Source: Dehalococcoidia bacterium | Lineage (GTDB): Bacteria; Chloroflexota; Dehalococcoidia; UBA2979 | Length of the DNA: 64,000 nt | NCBI GenBank assembly: GCA_965219085.1 | Contig: OZ244720.1 | Location: 2,112,001 to 2,176,000 of the forward strand | Direction: 5' to 3' | In this document: piece by piece, positions 10,130-19,861 of the stretch | Numbering within the stretch: position 1 is the stretch's first letter | Layout: each line of letters opens with the position of its first letter | Translations under genes and position numbers: made by a program | Notes under the pieces: generated by a model | What the model saw: the letters and a program-made list of their open reading frames with translations, nothing else | Databases searched by the model: none | What the model was told of the DNA's origin: nothing

Positions 10130-11690
10130 TCAGTCGAGGCGCAGCGCGACGATCGCCGGCTCCTCGGCCAGGCCGACGGGCACGACGATGGTGTCGCCTT
10201 CAACGGCCGGCCAGCCGTTGATGACGCCCGCGAGCTGTAGCGACCAGACCTCGACGCCGGTGGCGCGGTCGAGGGCGATCACCCGGCCGTGGACGAGGGA
10301 GACGAACACGAGGTCGTTGACGACCGTCGCGCCGCCGAAGGAGTCGCCCCTGAGCTCGACGTCCCACAGCACCTCGCCGCTCGCCGCGTCGAGGGCGACG
10401 ACCTGCGAGGGGATCTCGCCGAGTGCGGTCGCGAAGCCCGCCGAGAACTCCTCGGGCGAGCTGTAGTAGGTGGCGGCGTTGACGACGGCGACGTACACGA
10501 CGCCTTCGGCCGTTGCTATTGGGGTGATGACGCCGCCGAGCACGCCCGGCAGCACCCACAGCTCGCCCTCGAAGGCGGCTACATCGTCGTTCCAGTGCAC
10601 CCCCACCGGGGTGTCCCACAGCGGCGTGCCAGCAGCGGGATCGAAGGCGGCGACGCGACCGTGCTTACCGCTGTTGATGACGATGGGCCGCGGGCCGTCC
10701 GGCCCCTCGACCGTCGCGAGCGCCGTCAGCACGCTGTCACGGTCGAAGAGGTCGTGCGGCACGAGTTGGTGGCCCCAGCGCAGCGCGCCTCCCGCGAGGT
10801 CGAGCGCGAGCACCGAGTTGGTCCAGCGGTTGTCGCCGGGCCGGCTGCTGGCGTTGGGGAAGCCCCGGGCGCCGGGGAACGGGTAGGGGCTGGACGTGCC
10901 CCAGAACACGAGGCCGGCCTCGACGTCGACGGCCGGCGGGTACCACGCGCCGCCCCCGCTGTTGATGTCGGGGCGCCCCCACATGTCGGGCGACTCGATC
11001 GTATTGAATTCCCACACCACGTCGCCCGTCCCGGCGTCGAGGGCGTAGAGGAAGCCTCGGCTGCCGGGGATCGAGAGCGACGAGGTGGCGGCAAGCACGA
11101 GCTCCCCGGCCACGACGGGCTGGATGTTGATCACGCCGCGGCCCTCGTCGGAAAGCTTCGTGGCCCAGAGCTGATCACTGCACGCCGCGTCGTACGCCTG
11201 GATGGTCGCGCCACCGACGGAGGCGAAGACGCGCCCCCAGCCGACCGCGACGCCGTTCGGCCCGAACACGGGTGCGTCGTTGCGGATGCGCCAGCGCCGC
11301 TCGCCCGTCCGCAGGTCGATGGCGTGGATGTTGCTGTCGAGGTCTGCCAAGTAGACCGTGTCGCCGACGATGAGGGTTCGTCGCCGCGGCGCCGTTCGAG
11401 CTGCCCGTCGGCTCCAGCGCGTACGACCACGCGATGCCGAGCCGCCCCACGCTGCTCGTGTCGATGCCGCTGTCGAACGTCGCACGTGTGCCGGCGAGGT
11501 TGCGGTTCGCGCTCGGCCAGTCGCCAGCCGCCGAGGTGAGCTCCGGCGCCGCACCGCTGACCTCGGTCGCCGCCGGCTCGCATTCGCCGTCGGGGATGAT
11601 CAGCTCGGCGACCTTGAAGCACGCAGCGGCGAACAGCGCTACACACGCCAGCAGGAGCGCCGCCGCGAGCCGATACGAGATGCGGGACAC
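10130..11690 (-). pseudogene. PQQ-type beta-propeller lipoprotein, frameshifted near 11375
   Basis: Lipoprotein leader (FAAAC) and DWPSANRN start in one frame ending GAAATNP; LIVGDTVY and A.D..TG...W repeats continue in another frame. Confidence 0.75.
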
Positions 11691-11701
11691 GGCGTGCCCC
11701 G

Positions 11702-12622
11702 TCAGACCGGGAAGACGCGGTAGGGGTGCCACACGCTCGGGATCGGGCCGCACTCCAGCAGTGCGACGAGGCGGCCATCAGGCCCATAGCCGCGCGCCTT
11801 CACGCCCACGCGCGCCAGCGGCGCGCTCGGCAGCTGGGGCGGACGCGTGTCGCGGCCCTGCCGCGCCAGCGCCACCGAGCGCTTGTTGAGGATCACGGCC
11901 GGCCAGTCCGACAGTACCGCGTCGGGGGCGTGCACGAGGTCCTCGACGGCGTTCGCCTCCAGTAGCCGCACCACGTCGTCGAGCGGCGTCGCGTCGGCGA
12001 TGTCGAACGGGCCGACGGCCGTGCGCCGCAGCTGCGCGAGGTGCGCGCCGACGCCGAGTGCCTGCCCGAGGTCGTGCGCGAGCGAGCGCATGTAGAAGCC
12101 CTTGGCGCACTCGACCTCGATATCGAGGTTCGGGAGCGCCACGTCGAGCACGGCGAGGGAGTAGACGTGCGCGGGGCGCGGCTCGAGCTGCGGCTGCTCG
12201 CCGCGTCGTGCGGCGCGGTGCGCGCGCTCACCGTCGAGCTTGACGGCGCTGAAGGCCGGCGGCGTCTGCATGAAGTCGCCGCGGAACGCCGGCAGCGCGG
12301 CCTCGACGTCATCGAGGGTCACGCCGCCCGGGTCGCGCGTCTCGCGCACCTCGCCCGCGGCGTCGTAGGTGTCGGTCTCGACGCCGAGCGTGACGGTGGC
12401 GCGGTAGCGCTTGCGCGCCTCGATGAGCGAGTCGATCAGGCGAGTGGCGTTGCCGATCGCGACGGGCAGCACGCCCGTCGCGGGGCGATCGAGCGTGCCG
12501 GCGTGGCCGACCTTGCGGACGCCCGAGGCGCGCCGGATGGCGCGCACGACGTCGAATGATCCCATGTCCGCGGGCTTGTCGATGTTGATGAAGCCGACGA
12601 GCGGCGGCTCGGCGGGACTCAC
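11702..12622 (-). CDS. truB: tRNA pseudouridine(55) synthase
   Basis: KVGHAGTLD.PATGVL, PPAFSAVK.DG. Confidence 0.96.
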   Translation of the reverse strand: MSPAEPPLVGFINIDKPADMGSFDVVRAIRRASGVRKVGHAGTLDRPATGVLPVAIGNATRLIDSLIEARKRYRATVTLGVETDTYDAAGEVRETRDPGGVTLDDVEAALPAFRGDFMQTPPAFSAVKLDGERAHRAARRGEQPQLEPRPAHVYSLAVLDVALPNLDIEVECAKGFYMRSLAHDLGQALGVGAHLAQLRRTAVGPFDIADATPLDDVVRLLEANAVEDLVHAPDAVLSDWPAVILNKRSVALARQGRDTRPPQLPSAPLARVGVKARGYGPDGRLVALLECGPIPSVWHPYRVFPV

Positions 12623-12993
12623 GGCAAGGCGTCCGGCTCGCCGCCCTCGCTGTCCCTCACCTCGCGGAGGAGCGAGGCCATGCGCTGGCCCTCGGCGATC
12701 GAGTCGTCGAGTTCGAAGTGCAGCCGCGGGACGCGGCGGAGCTGGATGCGGCGCACGAGTTCACGCTGCAGGAAGCGTGCGCTGCGGCCGAGTGCGTCCA
12801 TGACCGCGCGCTGCTCCAGGTCGTCGGCCATGACGCTGACGTGGACGCGCGCGTGGGCGAGGTCGGGAGTGATGTCGATGTGGGTGACGGAGATCAACAC
12901 GCCTTCGAGGCTCGGATCGCGGACGCGGCGTTGCAGCAGGTCCGCGATCTCCCCCTGCAGGAGGTCCGCGACTTTCTCCATGCGACGTGACAT
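12619..12993 (-). CDS. rbfA: Ribosome-binding factor A
   Basis: TPDL.HARV, RRVPRLHF.LDDS; follows infB. Confidence 0.96.
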   Translation of the reverse strand: MSRRMEKVADLLQGEIADLLQRRVRDPSLEGVLISVTHIDITPDLAHARVHVSVMADDLEQRAVMDALGRSARFLQRELVRRIQLRRVPRLHFELDDSIAEGQRMASLLREVRDSEGGEPDALP

Positions 12994-13035
12994 CGTGCGG
13001 TCCTCGCAGCGCGAGCCGGGCAGGCTCAGGAGCGG

Positions 13036-14829
13036 CTAGCGCACCTGCTCCATGTGGTAGGCGATGATCTCATCGTTCTCCTGGAAGTCCTCGAAGCCAT
13101 CGACGGTGATGCCGCACTCCTGGCCGGCCGTGACTTCGTTCACGCGGTCCTGGAAGCGTTGCAGCGAGTCGATGCGCGACTCGTGGATGACCTCGCTGCC
13201 GCGGCGCACACGCACCAGCGAGCGGGTGTTCACGGCGCCGTCGCGCACCACGCACCCGGCGATCGAGTTGCGCCGGCCGCGGCGGAACACTGCGCGCACC
13301 TCGATGGCGGCGTCCTGGCGCTCCTCGAAGATCGGCTCGAGGAGGCCCTGCACGGCCTGTTCGACGTCCGAGACCACGTCGTAGATCACGCGGTAGTCGC
13401 GGACCTCGACGTGCTCGGAGTCGGCGAGGCGCTGAGCGCCGGTCTCGGTCTTGGTGTTGAAGGCAACGATCACGCCCTGCGCCGCGACGGCGAGGTTCAC
13501 GTCGGACTCGTTCACCGTACCCGCCGCCGCGTGGATTACCTTCACGCTGATCTCGTCCATCGCGAGGCTCTCGATCGCGCGCACGAGCGGCTCGATCGAG
13601 CCCTGCACGTCGGTCTTGAGGACGATGTTGAAGTCCTTGACTGCGCCGCGGTGGATCTCGCCGAACAGCGAGTCGAGGGTCACGCCCTGTTGCGGCGTGC
13701 CCGTGCTCTCCATCGCGCGCCGGTCGGCGGTGACCTCGGCGCGGGCGGTCTTCTCGTTCTTGACTGTCACGACGCGTTCGCCGGCGGGCGGCACCTCGCT
13801 CAGCCCGAGGACGGTGACGGGCGTGGAGGGGCCGGCCTGCTTTACACGCTGGCCCGTGTGATCCGTCATCGCCTTGACCTTGCCGTAGGCGAGTCCGGCG
13901 CGAATCACATCGCCGGTGTGCAGCGTCCCCGTCTGGATGAGGAGCGTCGTGGCGATGCCGCGCCGCGGGTCGGTCGACGCCTCGATCACCACACCCACCG
14001 CGTCGCGGTCCGGGTTCGCGCGCGGATCGTCGAGATCCGCCACCAGCATTACGTTCTCGAGCAGGTCGTTGATGCCTTCGCCCTGGAGCGCGGAGATCTC
14101 GACGACGGGCGTTTCGCCGCCGTACTCCTCCGGCACCACCTGCACCTCCATGAGCTGCTGCTTCGCGCGGTCCGGGTTGGCGTTGGGGAGGTCAGACTTG
14201 TTCATGGCGACGACGATCGGCACCTCGGCCGCGCGTGCGTGGTCGATCGCCTCGCGCGTCTGCGGCATTACGCCGTCGTCGGCGGCGACAACGATGATCG
14301 CGACGTCGGTGATCTGCGCACCGCGCGCCCGCATCTCGGTGAACGCCTCGTGGCCGGGGGTGTCGATGAAGGTCAACGGGCGGCCGTCGGGTCCGCTGGC
14401 CTGGTAGGCGCCGATGTGCTGTGTGATGCCGCCCGCTTCGCTGTCCACGACGCTGGCCCGGCGGATCGTGTCGAGCAGCGTCGTCTTGCCGTGGTCGACG
14501 TGTCCGAGCACGGTGACCACCGGCGGCCGTGGCGCGAGGTCCTCGCCTTCCTCGACGACGCGGAGCGAGATCGACGCAGGGCGTTCGTCCTCGCCGGCTG
14601 CGGCGTCCTCCGAGCCCTCCTCTTCGGGAAGGAACCCGAGGTCGGCAGCGACGACGGCGGCGGTGTCGAAGTCGACGACCTGGTTGATCGTCGCCATCAC
14701 GCCGTTCTTCATGAGCTCCTTGATCACGTCGACGGGCGTGACCTCGAGGAGGTCGGCAAGGTCGTTGACGACGACCGCCTGCGGGATCGCGACTCTCGGT
14801 CCTGTGCCGGGCGCCGATGTCTGCGTCAT
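13036..14829 (-). CDS. infB: Translation initiation factor IF-2 (short N-terminus)
   Basis: RPPVVTVLGHVDHGKTT, DTPGHEAF, NKSD. Confidence 0.97.
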   Translation of the reverse strand: MTQTSAPGTGPRVAIPQAVVVNDLADLLEVTPVDVIKELMKNGVMATINQVVDFDTAAVVAADLGFLPEEEGSEDAAAGEDERPASISLRVVEEGEDLAPRPPVVTVLGHVDHGKTTLLDTIRRASVVDSEAGGITQHIGAYQASGPDGRPLTFIDTPGHEAFTEMRARGAQITDVAIIVVAADDGVMPQTREAIDHARAAEVPIVVAMNKSDLPNANPDRAKQQLMEVQVVPEEYGGETPVVEISALQGEGINDLLENVMLVADLDDPRANPDRDAVGVVIEASTDPRRGIATTLLIQTGTLHTGDVIRAGLAYGKVKAMTDHTGQRVKQAGPSTPVTVLGLSEVPPAGERVVTVKNEKTARAEVTADRRAMESTGTPQQGVTLDSLFGEIHRGAVKDFNIVLKTDVQGSIEPLVRAIESLAMDEISVKVIHAAAGTVNESDVNLAVAAQGVIVAFNTKTETGAQRLADSEHVEVRDYRVIYDVVSDVEQAVQGLLEPIFEERQDAAIEVRAVFRRGRRNSIAGCVVRDGAVNTRSLVRVRRGSEVIHESRIDSLQRFQDRVNEVTAGQECGITVDGFEDFQENDEIIAYHMEQVR

Positions 14830-15155
14830 CGTGCGTGCTCCACGGAGAAGCGCTGACCGGCGAAGGCGCGCAGCGCGTCGCGCTCGGCGGCGGTCAGGGC
14901 GCCGCGCAACGCGCGAGCGAGGCCCGGGCCGTCGACGGCGCCCGTCCAGCAGGCGGGCTCGGCGCACAGGTAGGCGCCCCGGCCCCCGGCGAGCGCAGTC
15001 TCGTCGACGACGAGGCGCGTCTCGCCAGCCTCGCCGCCGGGGATCCGCGCGAGGCGGATCAGGTCGCGCTTGTCGCGCTGGGCGCCGCAGGCCACGCAGC
15101 TGCGTTGCGGCTGCCGTCGCGTGCGGCTGGCGGGCGGGCTAGCTGAAGTCGTCAT
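14826..15155 (-). CDS. ylxR: YlxR/DUF448 RNA-binding protein
   Basis: PQRSCVAC...GRGAYLC; between nusA and infB. Confidence 0.88.
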   Translation of the reverse strand: MTTSASPPASRTRRQPQRSCVACGAQRDKRDLIRLARIPGGEAGETRLVVDETALAGGRGAYLCAEPACWTGAVDGPGLARALRGALTAAERDALRAFAGQRFSVEHAR

Positions 15156-16782
15156 GTTCCTCGTCTTCTTCGTCCTCAAGGTCGTCGAACATCTCGCCCA
15201 GACCCGCCTCGATGTCGTCATCGTCGACCTCGAAGCGGCGGGAGCCGCCCCGCGCCGGGCGCTCGGGCTGTGTAGGGCCGCGCCGGCGGCCGCGCGTGCG
15301 CCGCGCGGGCTGGCGGCGCTGGTCGTCCTCTTCGTCGATGTCGCGCAGGCCGCCGATCTCTTCGGCGAAGCGCAGGCCGCCGGGCGCCGATCGTCGTGTC
15401 GATGCCGCCACGCGCTCGGGTTGGGGCTCGGGCTCCGCCTCGACGACCTCGGGCTCGGCCACCTCCGCGGGGGCTTCCGCCACGGCAGCTTCCTCGGCCT
15501 CGGCGGCAGCGGGCTCGGCGAACTCCGCGAGCACCTCCTGCTCCGGGGTGAGCGGCGCCGGCTCCTCGACCGCCGCGGGCGCGATCGGCTCGACGCGCTC
15601 GCCGGGCAGGCCCGGCTGCACGTAGTCCGGCCGCGCCGGGGTGATGTCGACGGTGGGCATGCCGACGGGCTCGGCGATCGGCATTGCGTCCATGTTCGGC
15701 TCGGGCGGCGGGTAGAGGTCCTCACCGTTGTGGATGAGCACGCCCTCGGCCGTGATCTCGATGCGGCGGCCGGTCAGCTTCGCGGCGAGTCGCGCGTTCT
15801 GGCCTTCCTTGCCAATCGCGAGGCTGAGTTGCTTGTCCGGCACGGCGATGAAGGCCGTGTTCTCCGCGTCGTCGAGGCGGATCGAGACCACCTCGGCGGG
15901 GCTCAGCGCGTTCGCGACGAAGGCCGTCTCGTTGGGGTCCCAGCGGATGATGTCGACGCGCTCACCGCCGAGCTCGTTCACGACGTTCTGGATGCGTGCT
16001 CCGCGCATGCCCACGACGGCCCCGATGGGGTCGACGCCGTCCTGGCGCGAGATGACGGCGATCTTGCTGCGGAACCCCGGCTCACGCGACATCCCCATGA
16101 TCTCGACGACGCCCTTGGCGATCTCTGGTACCTCGAGTTCGAGGAGGCGGCGCAGCAGCTCCGGGTGCGCGCGCGATGCGACAACCTGCGGCCCCTTCGA
16201 GGCGCGGTACACCTCCTTGATGTAGACCCGCAGCCGCTGGCCCACGCGGTAGTGCTCGGGCCGGACCTGCTCGGACGCAGGCAGCACGGCCTCGGCGCGG
16301 CCGAGGTCGAGGATGACCTGCCGCCGCCCGGGCTCGACGCGGAGCACGGTGCCGGAGACGAGCTCGCCCTGCTTGGTGGTGAACTCGCCGTAGACGGCCT
16401 CACGCTCGGCCTCGCGGAGGCGCTGCAGCACGACCTGCTTGGCGGTCTGCGCGGCGATGCGTCCGGCGTCCATTGAGGCTTCGAGGGGCTCGCGCAGCAT
16501 CGCGCCGGGCTCCTGGCCCGGCCAGCCCATCTCCGAGGCGCGCTCCGGGGTGACCTGGAGCTCGTCGTCCTCGATCGTTTCGTCGTCTCGTACCTCCCAG
16601 ACGCGCCAGACATCGATGTCGCCGCTATCGACGTCGATCTTGACCTCGACCTCGGCGTAGAGCAGTTCGTCCTTCTTGAAGGCCGACGCCATGGCCGCCT
16701 CGACGGCCTCGAACACCTTGGTCTGGTCGAGGTTCTTCTCCGCCGAGAGCTGGGAGATTGCGAGCACGAAATCGTTCTTCAT
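15139..16782 (-). CDS. nusA: Transcription termination/antitermination factor NusA with long acidic C-terminal tail
   Basis: GRIAAQTAKQV, REPG.RSKIAV, SLAIGKEGQNARLAAKLTG. Confidence 0.97.
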   Translation of the reverse strand: MKNDFVLAISQLSAEKNLDQTKVFEAVEAAMASAFKKDELLYAEVEVKIDVDSGDIDVWRVWEVRDDETIEDDELQVTPERASEMGWPGQEPGAMLREPLEASMDAGRIAAQTAKQVVLQRLREAEREAVYGEFTTKQGELVSGTVLRVEPGRRQVILDLGRAEAVLPASEQVRPEHYRVGQRLRVYIKEVYRASKGPQVVASRAHPELLRRLLELEVPEIAKGVVEIMGMSREPGFRSKIAVISRQDGVDPIGAVVGMRGARIQNVVNELGGERVDIIRWDPNETAFVANALSPAEVVSIRLDDAENTAFIAVPDKQLSLAIGKEGQNARLAAKLTGRRIEITAEGVLIHNGEDLYPPPEPNMDAMPIAEPVGMPTVDITPARPDYVQPGLPGERVEPIAPAAVEEPAPLTPEQEVLAEFAEPAAAEAEEAAVAEAPAEVAEPEVVEAEPEPQPERVAASTRRSAPGGLRFAEEIGGLRDIDEEDDQRRQPARRTRGRRRGPTQPERPARGGSRRFEVDDDDIEAGLGEMFDDLEDEEDEEHDDFS

Positions 16783-16847
16783 GGGGCCGTGTGCCTTCGG
16801 ATGACAGCCGGTTCGGAACCTCGCATCGGCCTGCGGTGGTGGGCTAA

Positions 16848-16875
16848 GAAAAAGACGTGGGACTGGCCCACGTCT
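16848..16875 (-). terminator. Leader attenuator hairpin (rimP-leader-like) upstream of nusA
   Basis: AGACGTGGG-ccagt-CCCACGTCT followed by a T run, about 65 nt before the nusA start. Confidence 0.75.
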
Positions 16876-16948
16876 GTCGAAGACAGGACGCCGAGGTCCC
16901 ATCGATAGTACCACACGCGGGCAGATCGCCCCTCAACGGGCGGGGGAA

Positions 16949-18721
16949 CTACGAGCCCCCCTCGTTCGCGCGGGCGGCGGCGGCTGACAGTTCGGCCAGG
17001 GCATCCCGACGCAGCACCTGCACGCGCTCGACGACCTCGCCGCGCGGCGCCAGCTCGGTCTCGCCGCTGTCGCGGCGGCGCAGTTCGACGGCGTCCTGGC
17101 GGTGGTTGCGCTCGGAGACGGTGAGCCGCAGCGGCAGCCCGATCAGGTCGGCGTCCTTGAACTTCACGCCGGGCGACTCGATGCGGTCGTCGAACAGCAC
17201 CTCGAGGCCGGCTGCCCGCAGCTCGCCGTAGAGCGCCTCGGCGTCCGCGGCGACGTCCTCGTCGCGGTCGAGGCGCAGCGCGACGATGGCGACGTCGTAC
17301 GGGGCGATCGAGGCCGGCCACATGATGCCGTCGTCGTCGTGCCCCGCCTCCACGGCGGCGGCAACGATGCGGTCGACGCCAATGCCGTAGCAGCCCATCG
17401 TCGGCACTACGCCGACGCCGTCGGGGCCCAGCACGTCGACGTCGAACGCCTCCGAGTAGATCTGGCCGAGCCGGAAGACGTGACCCATCTCGATGCCGCG
17501 ATGCAGCCCGATCGTGCCCGTGCCGCAGGCGCCACAGGTGTGGCCCGCCTCGGCGAGCGCGATGTCGGCGACCTCGGTCGCCGTCCAGTCGCGGCCGTGG
17601 TTGACGTTGACGAGGTGGTAGTCGGGCCGGTTCGCGCCCGCGACGAGGTTCGGGGAGTCCTCGATCGACACGTCGGCGATGACCTTCATGCGGTCGCCGA
17701 GACCGACCGGCGAGGCGGAGCCGGCGACGAGGCCGAACTCCCCGACCTCGGCGTCACTCATCGCGCGCAGCGTGCGGCCGTCGAGGGCGTTCGAGAGCTT
17801 GACCTCGTTGATCTGCAGGTCGCCGCGCACCACGGCGAAGATCGGCTCGTCCGGCTCGCCGCCGCGCTCGGCCATGTAGAAGACGGCCTTGGCAGTCTGC
17901 GCCCGGGAGATGTCGAGGAACGTCGCGAGTTCGTCGATCGTGGTGGCGCCCGGCGTGGCGACCTCCTCGAGGGGGAGCAGGTCGACGGGAGCGGCGGGCG
18001 GACGGACGAAGGCGGCCTTCTCGGTGTTGGCGGCGTAGCCGCACGCGTCGCAGAGCGCGATCACGTCCTCGCCGGTCTCGGTGAGGAAGATGAACTCCTG
18101 CGAGCCCTTCCCGCCGATCGCGCCCGAGTCGGCCTCGACCGGCACGGTCGGCACGCCGCAGCGCGCGAAGATGCGCCCGTACGCCTCGAACATCGCCTGG
18201 TACGAGACGTCGAGCCCCGACTCGTCGAGGTCGAAGGAGTAGGCGTCCTTCATCGTGAACTCGCGCACGCGCACCAGGCCGCCTCGGGGACGGGACTCGT
18301 CGCGGAACTTGGTCTGGATCTGGTAGAGCGTCACCGGCACGTCGCGATAGGAGCTGGTGTGGTCCGCGAAGAGGCGCGTGATCACTTCCTCGTGGGTTGG
18401 GCCGAGCACGAGCGCGCGGTCGCGCTTGTCGCGAAGCGTGAACAGTACCGATCCCATCGACTCGTCGCGCCCGCTCTGCTCCCACAGCTCGGCGGGGTGG
18501 ATGGCGGGGAGGAGCACCTCCTGGCCGCCGGCGGCGTCCATCTCCTCACGCACGACCTGCTCGACCTTGAGCTTGGTGCGACGTCCGAGGGGCATGTAGC
18601 TGTAGACGCCGGCCATGAGCTGGTCGATGAACCCCGCGCGCAGCAGCAGGCGATGACTCGCGGTCTCCGCGTCGGCTGGCGCCTCGCGGAATGTGTGTCC
18701 GAATGCCCTCGACATGCGCAT
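16949..18721 (-). CDS. proS: Proline--tRNA ligase with editing insertion
   Basis: LGPTHEE, FRDE.RPR.GL.RVREF.MKDAYSF, MGCYGIG. Confidence 0.98.
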   Translation of the reverse strand: MRMSRAFGHTFREAPADAETASHRLLLRAGFIDQLMAGVYSYMPLGRRTKLKVEQVVREEMDAAGGQEVLLPAIHPAELWEQSGRDESMGSVLFTLRDKRDRALVLGPTHEEVITRLFADHTSSYRDVPVTLYQIQTKFRDESRPRGGLVRVREFTMKDAYSFDLDESGLDVSYQAMFEAYGRIFARCGVPTVPVEADSGAIGGKGSQEFIFLTETGEDVIALCDACGYAANTEKAAFVRPPAAPVDLLPLEEVATPGATTIDELATFLDISRAQTAKAVFYMAERGGEPDEPIFAVVRGDLQINEVKLSNALDGRTLRAMSDAEVGEFGLVAGSASPVGLGDRMKVIADVSIEDSPNLVAGANRPDYHLVNVNHGRDWTATEVADIALAEAGHTCGACGTGTIGLHRGIEMGHVFRLGQIYSEAFDVDVLGPDGVGVVPTMGCYGIGVDRIVAAAVEAGHDDDGIMWPASIAPYDVAIVALRLDRDEDVAADAEALYGELRAAGLEVLFDDRIESPGVKFKDADLIGLPLRLTVSERNHRQDAVELRRRDSGETELAPRGEVVERVQVLRRDALAELSAAAARANEGGS

Positions 18722-18855
18722 GGGACGAGGGTACGCAGGGGCGGCGGCGCGGGCAAAGCAGCGAGGCGGGTACGGTCCACAACTCCGACCGGTGCTAGAG
18801 TGCCCCTCGCCGTCGGCTTGCCGGCGCCCGCTCCCATCGCCGCCCGGGACTGGCC

Positions 18856-19515
18856 GTGGCGCGCGTCCACCTGTTCGCCGACGAGGCGGGCAACTTCGAC
18901 TTCAGCCGCAGGGCGGGCGCGAGCCGGTTCTTCATCCTCACGACCGTCGCGTTCCCCGAGGGCCACGACGCCCTCGCCACGTCGCTGCGCGCGCTGCGCT
19001 TCGAGCTGGCGTGGGAGGGCGTGGACTTCCGGCGCGAGTTCCACGCCACGGACGACACGCAGGCCGTCCGCGACCGCGTCTTCGAGGTCCTCGCTGCCCA
19101 CGACTTCCGCGTCGACGCGACGATCCTGGAGAAGCCCAAGGCCCGTCCGAGCTTGCGGAGTTCGGAAGCACGCTTCTACCGGACGGCCTGGGTGTTCCAC
19201 CTTCGCAATGTGCTGCCGGATCTGCTCGTCGGCGATGACGAAGTACACGTGATCGCTGCATCGGTCGGAACCGGGCGTAAGAGGGGCGACTTCATGAAGG
19301 CGGTGGAGGGCGCGGTGCAGGAGGCTACGACTGCGACCGCCCGGCTCGGCTTCTGGCCGGCAGCCGCCGATCCCTGCCTGCAGGCCGCCGATTACTGTGC
19401 GTGGGCCGTCCAGCGCAAGTGGGAACACGGGGATGGGCGAGCGTACGCTCTCATTGCGAACCGGATCGCGTGGGAACACGATCTCTTCCACGAGGGGCGG
19501 CGCACGTACTATTGA
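18856..19515 (+). CDS. DUF3800-family protein (RNase H-like fold)
   Basis: N-terminal FADEAGN, EFHA, C-terminal LQAADYCAW motif. Confidence 0.85.
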   Translation: MARVHLFADEAGNFDFSRRAGASRFFILTTVAFPEGHDALATSLRALRFELAWEGVDFRREFHATDDTQAVRDRVFEVLAAHDFRVDATILEKPKARPSLRSSEARFYRTAWVFHLRNVLPDLLVGDDEVHVIAASVGTGRKRGDFMKAVEGAVQEATTATARLGFWPAAADPCLQAADYCAWAVQRKWEHGDGRAYALIANRIAWEHDLFHEGRRTYY

Positions 19516-19537
19516 GGAGAGCGACGCTCACGGCACC

Positions 19538-19625
19538 GGCCAGCTATCCGGTCTGCGCCGGAAGAGCCCGTGGGCTCTTGTCACTGGCCTGATTAGGGGC
19601 GAGGGACGATGGCCCAACGCCTTGT
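19538..19625 (+). ncRNA. Putative DUF3800-associated structured RNA, copy 1
   Basis: GGCCAG/CTGGCC closing stem around TCCGG/CCGGA and AAGAGCCC/GGGCTCTT hairpins, then a trailing GCCCAAC/GTTGGGC hairpin; strand assumed from the gene. Confidence 0.65.
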
Positions 19626-19708
19626 TGGGCATCGTATCGATCCCAACCGTGTGCTGGCAACTGGCAATACGCATTGCGAATTGCAACGGGCCTTTGGGCG
19701 TGAAAGTA

Positions 19709-19791
19709 GGCCAGCTATCCGACTGCTGCCGGAAGAGCCCAGGGGCTCTTATCACTGGCCTGTACAGAACTGCGGGGCTGCGCCTCGCAGC
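19709..19791 (+). ncRNA. Putative DUF3800-associated structured RNA, copy 2
   Basis: Same 54-nt core with changes mainly in loops, then a different trailing hairpin CTGCGGGGC/GCCTCGCAG. Confidence 0.65.
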
Positions 19792-19861
19792 ATGGTGAGA
19801 TCGTACAGATAGCGGACCTCTCGCCGCAATACGCGTTCCGAATCGCTGGAGACGTGTTGCG

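Noticed and set aside
19538-19762. Two-repeat mini-CRISPR
   Set aside because: 54-nt multi-stem unit with a 117-nt gap does not fit CRISPR geometry; treated as structured RNA
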